Below are positions 49,556-59,054 of a stretch of 64,000 nt of DNA, one piece after another. A program made the position numbers and the translations under genes. Under the pieces are notes generated by a model that was not told the DNA's origin, made no database searches, and worked only from the letters and a program-made list of their open reading frames with translations. The DNA is from an uncultured virus (IMG/VR IMGVR_UViG_3300037504_000366) (lineage: Duplodnaviria > Heunggongvirae > Uroviricota > Caudoviricetes). The stretch's first letter is position 1. Every line of letters begins with the position of its first letter. The stretch lies in the IMG/VR virus record IMGVR_UViG_3300037504_000366; one strand, written 5' to 3'.

Positions 49556-49940
49556 GCTCTCTCCTCTCTATTATGCTGCTCATTTTGCCTGGCTGTGGCT
49601 GTGTCAGGAACTTTCTCACTGCATCATCGTGCCTTTCGTTTAGCCACTCGAAATAGTGAGAAGGTTCACGGCTACACAGCCATACTGGTCTACCGCCATC
49701 CGTGGTGCTGTCGCATATCGGGCACTTGTGCCACGACTTCTGCGGCAGAAGGTCTTCCGCTCTCGACCCTCCCATCTTAATATGCAATGCCACTGCCTGA
49801 ACGTGATCACAGTTGGCTTTACCACAGCTACAGGTCTTGTCCTTGAATACCTGATAGCGCTTGTTCCCGTGGCTATTGGTAACGGTCACCAGGTAGTGCC
49901 CCCTTACTGTGTTCACTCTCATAGATGCGCCTCTAGACAC
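49530..49940 (-). CDS. SWIM-type zinc-finger protein
   Basis: CSCGKANCDH plus CPIC...C...H. Confidence 0.65.
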   Translation of the reverse strand: MSRGASMRVNTVRGHYLVTVTNSHGNKRYQVFKDKTCSCGKANCDHVQAVALHIKMGGSRAEDLLPQKSWHKCPICDSTTDGGRPVWLCSREPSHYFEWLNERHDDAVRKFLTQPQPGKMSSIIERREHALQSSVQ

Positions 49941-49984
49941 TCAATGGAATAAGTCATAGTGTTTCCCTTTTGCCGAAGGCACTT

Positions 49985-50317
49985 TTAGCAGAAATCATCC
50001 ATATCGATGTTGATCCCCCATTGATGGCACCATTCTATCAGCTCGTCAAAGAACAGGTGTAAATCGCCTTCCAGGTACCATCCGACCACCTTGTGCATGA
50101 TGTCGTACACATCGTCAGCAGGGATGCAAGTCACGGTCGGGGACGTGATAGCCACCTTGTGCTTACACATAGGGCAGTTCACAGCCTCGCTTATTTGATC
50201 GACGTAGGTGGAATCAATGCCGAACACTCCATCGCACTCAGGGCACTGATGCCACTCACCGGCAATTTCATCCTTGATTATGGACTCGCCCAGGTACTCA
50301 GTCGTTTTCATTCTCAA
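49985..50317 (-). CDS. Zinc-ribbon protein
   Basis: CPEC...CPMC. Confidence 0.6.
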   Translation of the reverse strand: MRMKTTEYLGESIIKDEIAGEWHQCPECDGVFGIDSTYVDQISEAVNCPMCKHKVAITSPTVTCIPADDVYDIMHKVVGWYLEGDLHLFFDELIEWCHQWGINIDMDDFC

Positions 50318-50807
50318 TCCTTCTGATGGCCGTGATACATATATTCCACAACATCATAGCCAGATTGGCTACGTCTCTGCATTCTCTGGCAGCCGCTGCC
50401 AAGTAGCTCATCCTGCTAGCATCGCTGTGTGACCACACCAGTCTATAGAGCTTTTCCCCGATCTCGCCAAACTCCTCGCCCATCTTCGCGTACATGTAGG
50501 CGGGATCACTTGTCTCCCAACCGCTCTTGTGGGAGTTCTGCCGCAGAACCTCTTTCATCTGCTCCGCAAAGTCATCTACGAGCGCCTCTTCCTCACTTAC
50601 CTCGCTATCGTATGAGTGCAACAGTTGCTTGTAAAGCCTCGGTAAGTCCTTTCTCAGAACATATACCATCTCACTGCCCTCATAGTTCCTGACCGTGATC
50701 CTGGCGCCGACCAACGACACTCTCTCGACTGTCTCTACCTTGAGAGAGACATCATCGTCGAATGCATCTGCATACTCTCTTTTTGTCATTATTACCTCTC
50801 CACCCAA
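50298..50807 (-). CDS. Protein with MazG-like NTP pyrophosphatase C-terminal region
   Basis: NSHKSGW...EEFGE...ECRDVANLAMM. Confidence 0.65.
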   Translation of the reverse strand: MGGEVIMTKREYADAFDDDVSLKVETVERVSLVGARITVRNYEGSEMVYVLRKDLPRLYKQLLHSYDSEVSEEEALVDDFAEQMKEVLRQNSHKSGWETSDPAYMYAKMGEEFGEIGEKLYRLVWSHSDASRMSYLAAAARECRDVANLAMMLWNICITAIRRIENEND

Positions 50808-52111
50808 GTCATAAAGCTCGGGTAAAATCTAACATTAACCGATCCTGTCCTACCCATATTGGCCTTGGTCACCACAACATCTCCGTTGGTGTCAAGGGAT
50901 CCGTTATCTAGCCACTCTCTCTTGACACTGAGAGCCACCTGGCTCTGCCTCCTCGAGTTGGTGGTTTCATATGGCGATCCATCGTCGTTCTCCTGCTGTA
51001 GCAGGACCACAACGCATTCATTCTCCTCAGCGAATGTCTTGGCCTGCTGAGCATCCTGCCCTCTAGCCCAGAACACCCCGCCGCTTCTGAGTAAGCTGTC
51101 TGGTATCCTGGTCTTGTTAAGATAGTCCAGGAAAACTACATCCAGGCCCCTATTGTCCTGCATTCTTAACTTTAGGTTTAGGTTCGTGAGAGCGCTCAGC
51201 GCCTCACCCATTGTCCAGTCCAGACAGTACAGATCGTGTCCATCTCTGGCCGATAGCTTTTCTTGAACTGTACTGATCAGTTCCAGCTTATCACTGTTCG
51301 TGATGACATCTCTTAGCATACTGTCGGCAGAGATGCCTATCTGTCTGCCGTAGGCATCTTTTTCATACGCCATCTCCTGAGCGATCAACCTGGTGGTGAA
51401 TGTTACATCGTCATCCTCAAACCTGGCATATGCACATCTTAGCCCCCTGGCCAGGTTGTCCATATAGATCTGGATAGAGAGGGTTGACTTGCCTACCCCG
51501 GTACCACCGGTAATCAATATCATATTACCAGGTAGTACCATTGGCACCAGATCGTCTAGCCCAGATAGGTTGCCGCCAAACGAGAATCTGGGCTCACCGG
51601 ACGCCATCTTTTCCTGGATGGCATCCCATTTCATACGCCAAATAGCCACACTATCCGCTAGCGATCTTGTATTCCGTTCGTACCTGGCGGATCTTGCCTC
51701 CGACACAGCCTTGGCCATCTCCGCCATAGCCTCCTCTAGGCCGAGGTCCTCTCTGTCCAGGATAGATCTAAGATCGCTTTTGGCCTTGCCGGATAGCCTG
51801 GCTTCGTACTGCTCCATTACCATCCGGCCATAGACTGCGTGGCTAGCGGGATCCACCCTGGCCATTCTGTCCAGCAGCCACTTCTTGTCTACACCCAACA
51901 CCTCAGAGGCTAGAATTGGATGCATTGCGGTGCCGCTTCTTAGGAGCTGCACCTGCAATTCTCTTAGCTGTCTGAGATTGGGGTTCTCTATCGCTTCTGG
52001 CGGAACCGCAACAGAGGAAAATACCCTGGATGTAGCATCCTTGATGTCCTCGCCGGGGTACCTTATTTGACTTAGCACAAAGCCGGTCTCGAAGTCTTTG
52101 GAGCTGGCCAC
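50792..52111 (-). CDS. DnaB-like replicative helicase
   Basis: LDDLV...PGNMILITGGTGVGKST, VFLDYL, LLQQ, KANMGRTGSV. Confidence 0.85.
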   Translation of the reverse strand: MASSKDFETGFVLSQIRYPGEDIKDATSRVFSSVAVPPEAIENPNLRQLRELQVQLLRSGTAMHPILASEVLGVDKKWLLDRMARVDPASHAVYGRMVMEQYEARLSGKAKSDLRSILDREDLGLEEAMAEMAKAVSEARSARYERNTRSLADSVAIWRMKWDAIQEKMASGEPRFSFGGNLSGLDDLVPMVLPGNMILITGGTGVGKSTLSIQIYMDNLARGLRCAYARFEDDDVTFTTRLIAQEMAYEKDAYGRQIGISADSMLRDVITNSDKLELISTVQEKLSARDGHDLYCLDWTMGEALSALTNLNLKLRMQDNRGLDVVFLDYLNKTRIPDSLLRSGGVFWARGQDAQQAKTFAEENECVVVLLQQENDDGSPYETTNSRRQSQVALSVKREWLDNGSLDTNGDVVVTKANMGRTGSVNVRFYPSFMTWVER

Positions 52112-52200
52112 TATTCCTCATCCTCCTTGGTGTTCCTTAGCATCATTCCGTAGCCGATGAACACTAGCGCAATCAACCCAATAATTGCCAGAGCGCCCAT
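52111..52200 (-). CDS. 29-aa membrane peptide
   Basis: MGALAIIGLIALVFIGYGMMLRNTKEDEE*; exactly fills the gap between neighbours. Confidence 0.5.
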   Translation of the reverse strand: MGALAIIGLIALVFIGYGMMLRNTKEDEE

Positions 52201-52752
52201 CTACCTCTCACCTTTAACAGGAACGTCGCCAAGGTTACGGCTTTCTGCCGCAGATCTACGCTTGCTCTCCACCTTTTTGGATCTAACCACATACGCTACG
52301 GAGTTGAGGACATGCACAATTAGCCCTCTCCCCCGACTATCTTTCTTGTAACAGCGATCCACGGTGCTTCTCAGGTGCCCTATGCTCATATAGCGTCTTG
52401 CATCATCCCAACGGCGCTTCTCCGTCTTGTTTGCAAAACCATCCACGCCAGACACTTGCATTAGGTACCATCCCACACCATCGTCGTCATCTGGGGGCAC
52501 AGTCTCGTATGTGCGCCGGTATGACGCTGGTGTTCCGAACTCCCGCTTCCATATCCTGGAATTTGTCCATATGATACGTGCATTACATCCAGGACATATG
52601 TCCTGGTCCTGCGCGATCATTTCGATTTCGCAGGACGGGCATTGCGCCTTGTACCACTCCTCCTTCGGTATGTCTTTGATTTCAAAAATCTCCACTTGCT
52701 CCCCCTTACGTGCCTTGTCCCAACGATTCCAGCGGCAACATCGAGGGTCCAT
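52201..52752 (-). CDS. Zinc-binding hypothetical protein upstream of the helicase
   Basis: CPSC...CPGC; start probably internal. Confidence 0.55.
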   Translation of the reverse strand: MDPRCCRWNRWDKARKGEQVEIFEIKDIPKEEWYKAQCPSCEIEMIAQDQDICPGCNARIIWTNSRIWKREFGTPASYRRTYETVPPDDDDGVGWYLMQVSGVDGFANKTEKRRWDDARRYMSIGHLRSTVDRCYKKDSRGRGLIVHVLNSVAYVVRSKKVESKRRSAAESRNLGDVPVKGER

Positions 52753-52964
52753 TCTCTATCGATCTCAAAACCCTCGCCACACCCTAAGCATTTAACTACA
52801 ATTCTCACGTTTCTTTAACGCCTCTAGTTTCTTCTTCGCCCACTCAAGATCCTCGTCTGTCAGGTTCTGCTCGTGCACGAGCAACGAGATTGCTGCCATT
52901 GCCGTGTGGGCACTCATTGTTCCGGACGACCACTCGTCCACGATCTCGGTGATCCTCTCTGTAT

Positions 52965-53744
52965 TCATAGCACAATCCTTGTGTTGTTCTTGGTGTCTTG
53001 GACGCCGATAGACAGATTCCATTCAATGTTACCGTTCAGAGAACTGAGTACAGTTTGCACATCGCCCTCGTCTGGGACAAGCAGAATAATCGCCTTGCCC
53101 TTTTTAGTGGACGCGGTAGTGCCCTTACCCACTTTGCTTTTCACCTGCGTGCGGTACTTTCTGCGCATCGCGTCCCGTGTTGGAACCTTGTTTGAGTCCT
53201 CAATGATATCTCGGATTGCCTGTCGGTTATCTAGCTCAACCGCTGCACGCAGTGCCGGGATAGCCTCTCTTAGCTTGGGCCACGCAGACTCTGTAATACC
53301 ATCGTCGATGTCAAGCCCATTGTCATCGCAATAGGGGACTATTATTGTCCCGATCGCATCCATATCGGACAGTGTGCTGCCATCCAACCCTGATGCGCGC
53401 AGGAAGTCTCTGAGGTTTTCGAATCCATCGGGGTGCTCGTCATCAGGCGGGTAGTAGAGATACAGATCCTCTCGCGCTATCTTGGCTACAAGCATTGCGC
53501 TGAGGGAGCGTAGCCCTCCCCGCAGTTCCTCAATGTACTTTATGCTCTCCATACCAAGCACTGACTGCATCTGAATGTCGGATAATTCGTACGGACGCTT
53601 CTGCCGCAGAACTGCTGCTTGTGCGCCCGTATATACAAACTCCAACAATTGCTGCCTATCCACTAATTTGTTGTCGGCCATAGTCCCTCTCCACTTGGTT
53701 GCCATATACTGTTCGCTCTCACCCATTCCCACTGCCGTAGGCAA
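52965..53744 (-). CDS. Hypothetical protein (start probably at MADNK, 53680)
   Basis: Long ORF on the coding strand; SD GGAGAGG before the internal ATG. Confidence 0.6.
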   Translation of the reverse strand: MPTAVGMGESEQYMATKWRGTMADNKLVDRQQLLEFVYTGAQAAVLRQKRPYELSDIQMQSVLGMESIKYIEELRGGLRSLSAMLVAKIAREDLYLYYPPDDEHPDGFENLRDFLRASGLDGSTLSDMDAIGTIIVPYCDDNGLDIDDGITESAWPKLREAIPALRAAVELDNRQAIRDIIEDSNKVPTRDAMRRKYRTQVKSKVGKGTTASTKKGKAIILLVPDEGDVQTVLSSLNGNIEWNLSIGVQDTKNNTRIVL

Positions 53745-54205
53745 TTTACTGCCTCAAGACCGCGTAGCGCAACTCGATGGGCGTTCTCCAGGGGCAGGGA
53801 CTCTTGGTGCTTAGACACAGTTTTCTCTACAGACAGCCATTCGTGCCAGGGCACCATCCACAAATGATCGAGGTACTCTCTGGTGCCGTGGGGACGGATG
53901 GCTCCAAGTGCCAATACGCTCAGCCCACCATCCTGGACCCAGTCCGATAACCAGGATCTCTGACTATCCTCGATTCTGGAGAATGGGAATGATGTCTCAC
54001 TGGCCCTGTACACCTTGACCTCCATCTGAAACGCTCGTAACAGACCTGTTGGGTCTACCACCATCACATCTGGTTTCCCGCTCGGGGGGAATCCACCTGC
54101 CCTGCCGCAGTTCGTGCAATAAGTCACATCTCTTTGTGTGACAGCCCAGTATCCCATTGTCTTTAGGGATCGGTTTACCTGCGCTCTAACATCTGCCTCT
54201 TTCAT
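53663..54205 (-). CDS. PD-(D/E)xK nuclease, Holliday-junction resolvase-like
   Basis: MKEAD...GKPDVMV...MEVK...SQRSWL...GGLS. Confidence 0.75.
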   Translation of the reverse strand: MKEADVRAQVNRSLKTMGYWAVTQRDVTYCTNCGRAGGFPPSGKPDVMVVDPTGLLRAFQMEVKVYRASETSFPFSRIEDSQRSWLSDWVQDGGLSVLALGAIRPHGTREYLDHLWMVPWHEWLSVEKTVSKHQESLPLENAHRVALRGLEAVNCLRQWEWVRANSIWQPSGEGLWPTTN

Positions 54206-54636
54206 CCCAAGGCCTCCAGTGCTTTTTCGGCAACATCTGGCGGCAGTTCCATTTTGTGGTTATATTTCAGATCGGCATAGAATCTCAATGCCTCCCTGGC
54301 CTGCTCGATCCCGGCACTATTGTCCACGTCAGGCCATAGATCGTGCCAGCACAGATATCCGATAGCACCGTAGTTCAGGATATCCAGGAACGTGTCGTCG
54401 ATACCCTCTCCCGAGATGGTCTCTAGTCCACCCTTAAAGAACACATTCATCAGCCTCTGTAGCTTGTCATTGGTTCTCAGTACAACACCTGGTGCCCCGG
54501 ACGCCGCGATATTGCCGGGTCCATAGGACCGCTGCTTCTCGCACCACAGATGATATGCCTCCTCGAATACATCAAGGAGCTCCTCCTCTAGTTCCTTGTA
54601 GCCGGACTCCCCGGTGGCAAGCTCTCTAAATCTCAT
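54202..54636 (-). CDS. DUF1599 / nucleotide-modification-associated domain protein
   Basis: KQRSYG..N, RTNDKLQRL, EGIDDTFLDILNY. Confidence 0.8.
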   Translation of the reverse strand: MRFRELATGESGYKELEEELLDVFEEAYHLWCEKQRSYGPGNIAASGAPGVVLRTNDKLQRLMNVFFKGGLETISGEGIDDTFLDILNYGAIGYLCWHDLWPDVDNSAGIEQAREALRFYADLKYNHKMELPPDVAEKALEALG

Positions 54637-54841
54637 TTGACTTCCTCGTTGAGTATCTCCTGGCGTGGCCCTCGGGCTTGATCTCGTGGATCTTGCCCAT
54701 CGTGACCAATCCCTGCAATGCATAGCGAACAGAGGACCCGTAACCCAGGTTGGGGAACTGGTCCTTAATCTCACGCAGTGTGGGTGGTTGGTCGTACTGA
54801 TCCTCGTAGTGCTGAATAAAATCCACTAGCGGTTCCATCAT
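54626..54841 (-). CDS. Stand-alone LexA-type winged-HTH DNA-binding protein
   Basis: LVDFIQHY...QPPTLREI...SSVRYALQGL...GKI; SD AAGGAG; no peptidase domain. Confidence 0.75.
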   Translation of the reverse strand: MMEPLVDFIQHYEDQYDQPPTLREIKDQFPNLGYGSSVRYALQGLVTMGKIHEIKPEGHARRYSTRKSNEI

Positions 54842-54878
54842 GCGCTCCTTTTGTTTTGTTTTGTACAGTAGAGATTCT

Positions 54879-54907
54879 ATTCTAACACCACGAGGACATT
54901 GCGTCAA
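54879..54907 (-). promoter_or_regulatory. sigma70-type promoter for the wHTH-to-helicase gene run
   Basis: Minus strand TTGACG, 17 nt, TAGAAT with extended -10 TG. Confidence 0.75.
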
Positions 54908-55039
54908 GACCTTTTGCGCTCGAAGTACCCGCACCGTGGGCACTGGTAATTGACCACTGTCTTTCCGTTCCTTGTTTCTCTATACTCAGTCATCTGCGTC
55001 TTGCACTTAGGACATCTCATCATCTTATCCTTTCTAAAC

Positions 55040-55603
55040 TCACTTTGGAGTGGCTGGCAGATACGTTAATGCCTCTGCCATATGTGCCGCTTTCACCTCG
55101 GTAACACCAGCCATTCTAGCGATCGTCTTAGATACTCTCATAGCGCTCTCTACTTGCCACCAGGCGAGTCGGTATGACTTGATGCAGGCTTTCAGCAAAG
55201 TCATCGCCATATCAGTGATATTGCACACGCGCTCGTTCTCTCTAGCATCCTTGATTCTTGCATCGAGCTTATGGAAAGGCTCTACAAATGGTTTTCCCTC
55301 GATGTGCTTGATGATATCCAGTGGCTCCGGGTCATAGATTCTTATGTACATATCGTACCTATCCCATTCCAATATGTTTCTCGGGGAAAGGCAGTTGCAC
55401 TCTCTGATCTCACTGCCCCAGTTTCCACAATCGCAGGGCGAGATTGACATAGCAAGAACGCCGTGGGAGTTGCAAAACTCGCCCAGGTCCTTTGCTTGTG
55501 TAAGGTTGCCTCCTATAAACATAATGGAAAGGTCGCCCACGGCGGCGATCTCGTAGGCTCGTAGGCCAACTTGCATTCCGATGAAGTCACTGTACTCTGT
55601 CAT
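55040..55603 (-). CDS. Miniaturised ComM/YifB (Mg-chelatase-like) homolog lacking the ATPase core
   Basis: SDFIG...RAYEIAAVG, SPCDCG...C.C, DRYDM, RVSKTIA.MAG...HMAEALTY match YifB segments; no Walker A/B. Confidence 0.7.
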   Translation of the reverse strand: MTEYSDFIGMQVGLRAYEIAAVGDLSIMFIGGNLTQAKDLGEFCNSHGVLAMSISPCDCGNWGSEIRECNCLSPRNILEWDRYDMYIRIYDPEPLDIIKHIEGKPFVEPFHKLDARIKDARENERVCNITDMAMTLLKACIKSYRLAWWQVESAMRVSKTIARMAGVTEVKAAHMAEALTYLPATPK

Positions 55604-56742
55604 TCTACCTCCTCGTTAATGTAGTGATCGATCAGTTCCCGGTACTCACTAGCCAGCCATTCGGCTAGCTTTTCGGTTCTCAGCTCTTGAGAGAACGGTC
55701 GCCAGGGCTGCCACGCCAGACTTACAGCGTGATCCACAAACTCTCTTACCTCTGGGTCGTCCTCAAGGTCACGCCAGTCTGATCTATGGCCTTCACCGAG
55801 GGCCTCAAAGTCATCCAGAACCTGAGCCTCAAAGTGTTCCTTTACCTCTTTGAGTCTTTCTAGTCTTTGAGTCAGATTTCGTAGGGATTCGTTCCCCTCT
55901 ACGACAAGCTCTAGGACTTTCCTTGCGGCCTCTCGGTGATCGGCCTGGCATTCGTCTCTCAGCTTTCCAATAATGCACTCGAAGGGGATTGCCTCGAGTA
56001 CACTCAGTGCTAATGGCTTATGGTAGGCCTGGGTTGGCAATGCCTCAACCTCAAGCCCGTGGGCGTCGTAGTCAACCAGTGTGACCGTGATGGGATCGCC
56101 GCACGCCTCGCATGTCGCACAGCCGGTGCCCTGCATAGTTGTTCTTCTGCCGCAGAAGCACCCGTGTACAAACAGGCCGTTATTGTCCGCCCAAGTGATG
56201 TACCCGCGGTTGCTGGTCTTGACATCATACCAGCTCCCTTCCCAGTTGTCCTCGCCTACCTGTAGCGGCCTAATCCCCACACGCACCTCTTGTGCCCAGG
56301 GAGTATACCGCTTGCACTGCTCTGCGAATGTAGGGGAGATAACAGCCTCGCCATCCATATCCCAGTCAGTAATTGTCAGTATCACAAGCGGATCTCTAAT
56401 GCTGAATGGGTCGTTGTAAGGTGCCCAGCCAAAGTGCTCCCTCAACATCAACTCAGTAGCGGCCTTAGACTGTTTGCCCTTTCCGGAAATAAGCACCGGT
56501 GCTCCAATCGACTTGGCAATACGCTCGAAATCCAGGAAAAGACTGTCTTTCTCAACAGCTATCACCACGTTAAAGGTCCGGTACAGCTTTTCCCAGATGC
56601 GCTTCATCATCCGGGATGCATCCTTGGCCCACAGATCGTGGTATGTAACGCCCTCTTCGTCCACCAGGCTAGCGAACGTCTGGCTTAGGCGAGCTGCCCA
56701 TCCTGTCCCGTCAAATCCCTTTTGCTCGTGCTTGTCATCCAT
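55600..56742 (-). CDS. TOPRIM-domain protein (Topo VI-A/JetD-like)
   Basis: IAVEKDS, SGKGKQS, TDWDMDG, LEVEAL motifs; Cys-rich insertion. Confidence 0.65.
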   Translation of the reverse strand: MDDKHEQKGFDGTGWAARLSQTFASLVDEEGVTYHDLWAKDASRMMKRIWEKLYRTFNVVIAVEKDSLFLDFERIAKSIGAPVLISGKGKQSKAATELMLREHFGWAPYNDPFSIRDPLVILTITDWDMDGEAVISPTFAEQCKRYTPWAQEVRVGIRPLQVGEDNWEGSWYDVKTSNRGYITWADNNGLFVHGCFCGRRTTMQGTGCATCEACGDPITVTLVDYDAHGLEVEALPTQAYHKPLALSVLEAIPFECIIGKLRDECQADHREAARKVLELVVEGNESLRNLTQRLERLKEVKEHFEAQVLDDFEALGEGHRSDWRDLEDDPEVREFVDHAVSLAWQPWRPFSQELRTEKLAEWLASEYRELIDHYINEEVE

Positions 56743-56757
56743 CTCAGATGCCAGCCA

Positions 56758-56988
56758 TCACTCCTCCACTTCTACATCAAGAATCTCGAAAAACTCGTGT
56801 GGGTGCTTGTCAAAGTACAGCTCTATAGCTTTCTCTGGATCTTCTGGCATCTCCCCAGCGACACTCTCCACCTCGCCCCACCAGAATTCTACCCACCTCC
56901 AGAGCCCTTCCCAGGCCCCATCTTTCGTCTTGTAACCAGTTAGATCACGCCCGTGCTTGTGCGTGATCTCTAAAATGTGTGTTACCAT
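56758..56988 (-). CDS. Hypothetical protein
   Basis: Packed ORF overlapping the upstream stop. Confidence 0.55.
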   Translation of the reverse strand: MVTHILEITHKHGRDLTGYKTKDGAWEGLWRWVEFWWGEVESVAGEMPEDPEKAIELYFDKHPHEFFEILDVEVEE

Positions 56989-57281
56989 TCTTTGGACTCC
57001 TCTCTGGCCTGCGACTCTGCCTCTTTCTGGCTATCAAGCTTGTCTTGCAGGTCGTCTATCTCCTCGTCGGACAGGTCTTGATCCGATAGCACCCTGGTTC
57101 CATCGTGCTCTTGATACTCGTCTGGCATATCTCCCGCCTCTAAATAGTACACATCTTTGTGTACGTACACATCTGTCCACGTTGCACCGCAACGGGTGCA
57201 CCAGCACTCCTGGTGGGCTTGGTTATCATCGATCTCGACCGCGCCTCCCTCCTCTAGCCCTCCACAAATGGGACAAGCCAT
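56982..57281 (-). CDS. Zinc-ribbon protein with acidic tail
   Basis: CPICG...CTRCGATW. Confidence 0.6.
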   Translation of the reverse strand: MACPICGGLEEGGAVEIDDNQAHQECWCTRCGATWTDVYVHKDVYYLEAGDMPDEYQEHDGTRVLSDQDLSDEEIDDLQDKLDSQKEAESQAREESKEW

Positions 57282-57729
57282 AGCACTCTCTCTCCCTTGC
57301 TATTAAATAGCGTCGGTTCCGTTTTACCCAACACGCCACTGCCGTAGGCAGCAATAAACGCTGTTCTTGATCGTGGGAGTTGAGCGGAAATTTCGCCAAT
57401 GTATCGCGTGCCGATGCCTAGCGTGCCGGCCACCTCGACCAGACCTATGCAGTCCAGATATACTCCATCAAACTTGGCATCGATCAGGAACACCCGATCG
57501 TTCTCTAGAGCAACCACCATAGACGCAGTTCCTGGCAGTGTCAAGATGGTATCCTCGACTATTTCGTTTCTTGGACTGACTCTGACGCCGAATCCGCCGG
57601 CGCTGGCCTGTCCATCGTGGCTAACACTGTACCACTGGTCCATTGGCGGCACACGGTATAGGTGCCACACCCGGACCACGTTAAACTCTGGCGATGCAAT
57701 CTCGCATCCGCCTCCCGTGTACAGGGTTT

Positions 57730-58575
57730 TCATCTCCCCCACTCCTCTGGTAACTGCTTGTAATCCATCGATGGCGGCACGGGTGTTTCCTTGTTGATCT
57801 GCTTCACAAACACCGGTATATCGTATAGCTTGCATTCTATCACTAATGGGTGGATCGCATTGATCATCCCGCTGGGCGTCATCGTGGGTTTGCCTTGTCC
57901 ACTCTGACCGCCAATCATAATAGCCAGAGAGCTATCGTGCCTGTGCAGAAAGTCCATATACTCCTCCGGCGTCGTGTCCATTGCGTCTTGGAACAGGTTC
58001 TTTAAGCTGATGTGCTCAAGTATCGGCTCGATCGAGAGCCATAAGTTGATGTCGGGAACGTACATACCCAGCGTCAAGAGCTGTCTTAGCCTGTAATGTT
58101 GGTTCTGCCGCAGAACACTGGTGCCATAGATAAAGCTGCGTGGGGCAGGCTCCTGCTCCAGCACAAATCTTTTCATCCTGCTAGGCCACTTGGTGAGCAG
58201 GAGCCACTTGTGTCCGGAGGCCTCCATTCCACTGATGTAGGGTTTGAGCCACCTGTTAGGGTCTATATCAGGCGCGAACCCATCGCTCAGATCGTTTACA
58301 AAGATGATCCTTGGCATAAACTTGAGCCAGGGCTTGTCGGTCACCTCTTTGGATTTGGGTTCCCGCCATCTGATTGCCTTCTCCAGCCGTTGTGGATAAT
58401 ACTGCGGGTCTGTAAAGTTGTCCGGCCATCCCTTTCGACCACTATACCTATCCACCAATACCTTGGCATAACAGATGTTTTTATTTGGATCATCGCTATA
58501 CAGCTCACAGCCAGTGCATCCCACTACTGGGTTGACCGTGCTATGACAGTATTCTATGTTTGTGTACCTGGCCAT
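57730..58575 (-). CDS. DUF5131 (phage Gp37/Gp68) family protein
   Basis: TNIEY...NPVVGCTGC...CYA, IFVNDLSD, LLTKWP, LSIEPIL, IGGQSG, PVFVKQ. Confidence 0.88.
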   Translation of the reverse strand: MARYTNIEYCHSTVNPVVGCTGCELYSDDPNKNICYAKVLVDRYSGRKGWPDNFTDPQYYPQRLEKAIRWREPKSKEVTDKPWLKFMPRIIFVNDLSDGFAPDIDPNRWLKPYISGMEASGHKWLLLTKWPSRMKRFVLEQEPAPRSFIYGTSVLRQNQHYRLRQLLTLGMYVPDINLWLSIEPILEHISLKNLFQDAMDTTPEEYMDFLHRHDSSLAIMIGGQSGQGKPTMTPSGMINAIHPLVIECKLYDIPVFVKQINKETPVPPSMDYKQLPEEWGR

Positions 58576-58634
58576 CTCTTCTCCTTGATAGATATGCTTC
58601 TTTCATAGTCGATACTGCTATTACAACTTTGTAG

Positions 58635-58662
58635 GGAGGGCGGGCCTCTCGACCCACCCTCC
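58635..58662 (-). terminator. Stable intergenic hairpin without a U-tract
   Basis: Minus strand GGAGGGUGGGUC-GAGA-GGCCCGCCCUCC (GNRA loop, two G-U pairs) just after the 58670 stop. Confidence 0.55.
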
Positions 58663-58669
58663 GTCTCGA

Positions 58670-59041
58670 CTATAGCTCTTTCAGCTTGGCCAGCAGCTCT
58701 TCCTCAGACAAATCTCGCAGAGAGTTCATCCTCTTCTCCGCCAAGAGCTGTTGCAACTGGCGACGGAGCTGAGCAGTCTCGGCCAGGTCCTGCGCTTCCT
58801 TGCGCGCCTGCTGCCTGGTTCCGAATACATCCTCAATAATCCCGATCTTTAGATCGAGGACGCCGGTCGCGGACGGTTTGAGAAGAGAGTGCCCGGACTT
58901 TTCTTTCTCACTCATCAACTGTGAGTAGATCTCGGACAACTCCTCGTCGCTTAAGTCCCACAGGTACTCGACAGGTAACTGTCCCTTGGGAGTAGAGAAA
59001 CGCAACTTCATCTGTGCTGCTTGCTTGTATGGGTTGGTCAT
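58670..59041 (-). CDS. Phage coiled-coil protein
   Basis: KLRFSTPKGQL.VE.LWDL; SD AGGAGG. Confidence 0.7.
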   Translation of the reverse strand: MTNPYKQAAQMKLRFSTPKGQLPVEYLWDLSDEELSEIYSQLMSEKEKSGHSLLKPSATGVLDLKIGIIEDVFGTRQQARKEAQDLAETAQLRRQLQQLLAEKRMNSLRDLSEEELLAKLKEL

Positions 59042-59054
59042 TTTTTAAATCCTC

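Noticed and set aside
56743..56760. Stop-codon readthrough joining 56758-56988 to the TOPRIM gene (same frame, single TGA)
   Set aside because: The upstream ORF does not resemble the missing domain, and TGA is a normal stop throughout the genome
50535..58116. GTTC-N7-GAAC copies as SOS (LexA) boxes
   Set aside because: Only a few copies have the outer G/C, orientation and spacing differ from GAAC-N4-GTTC, and none overlaps a promoter
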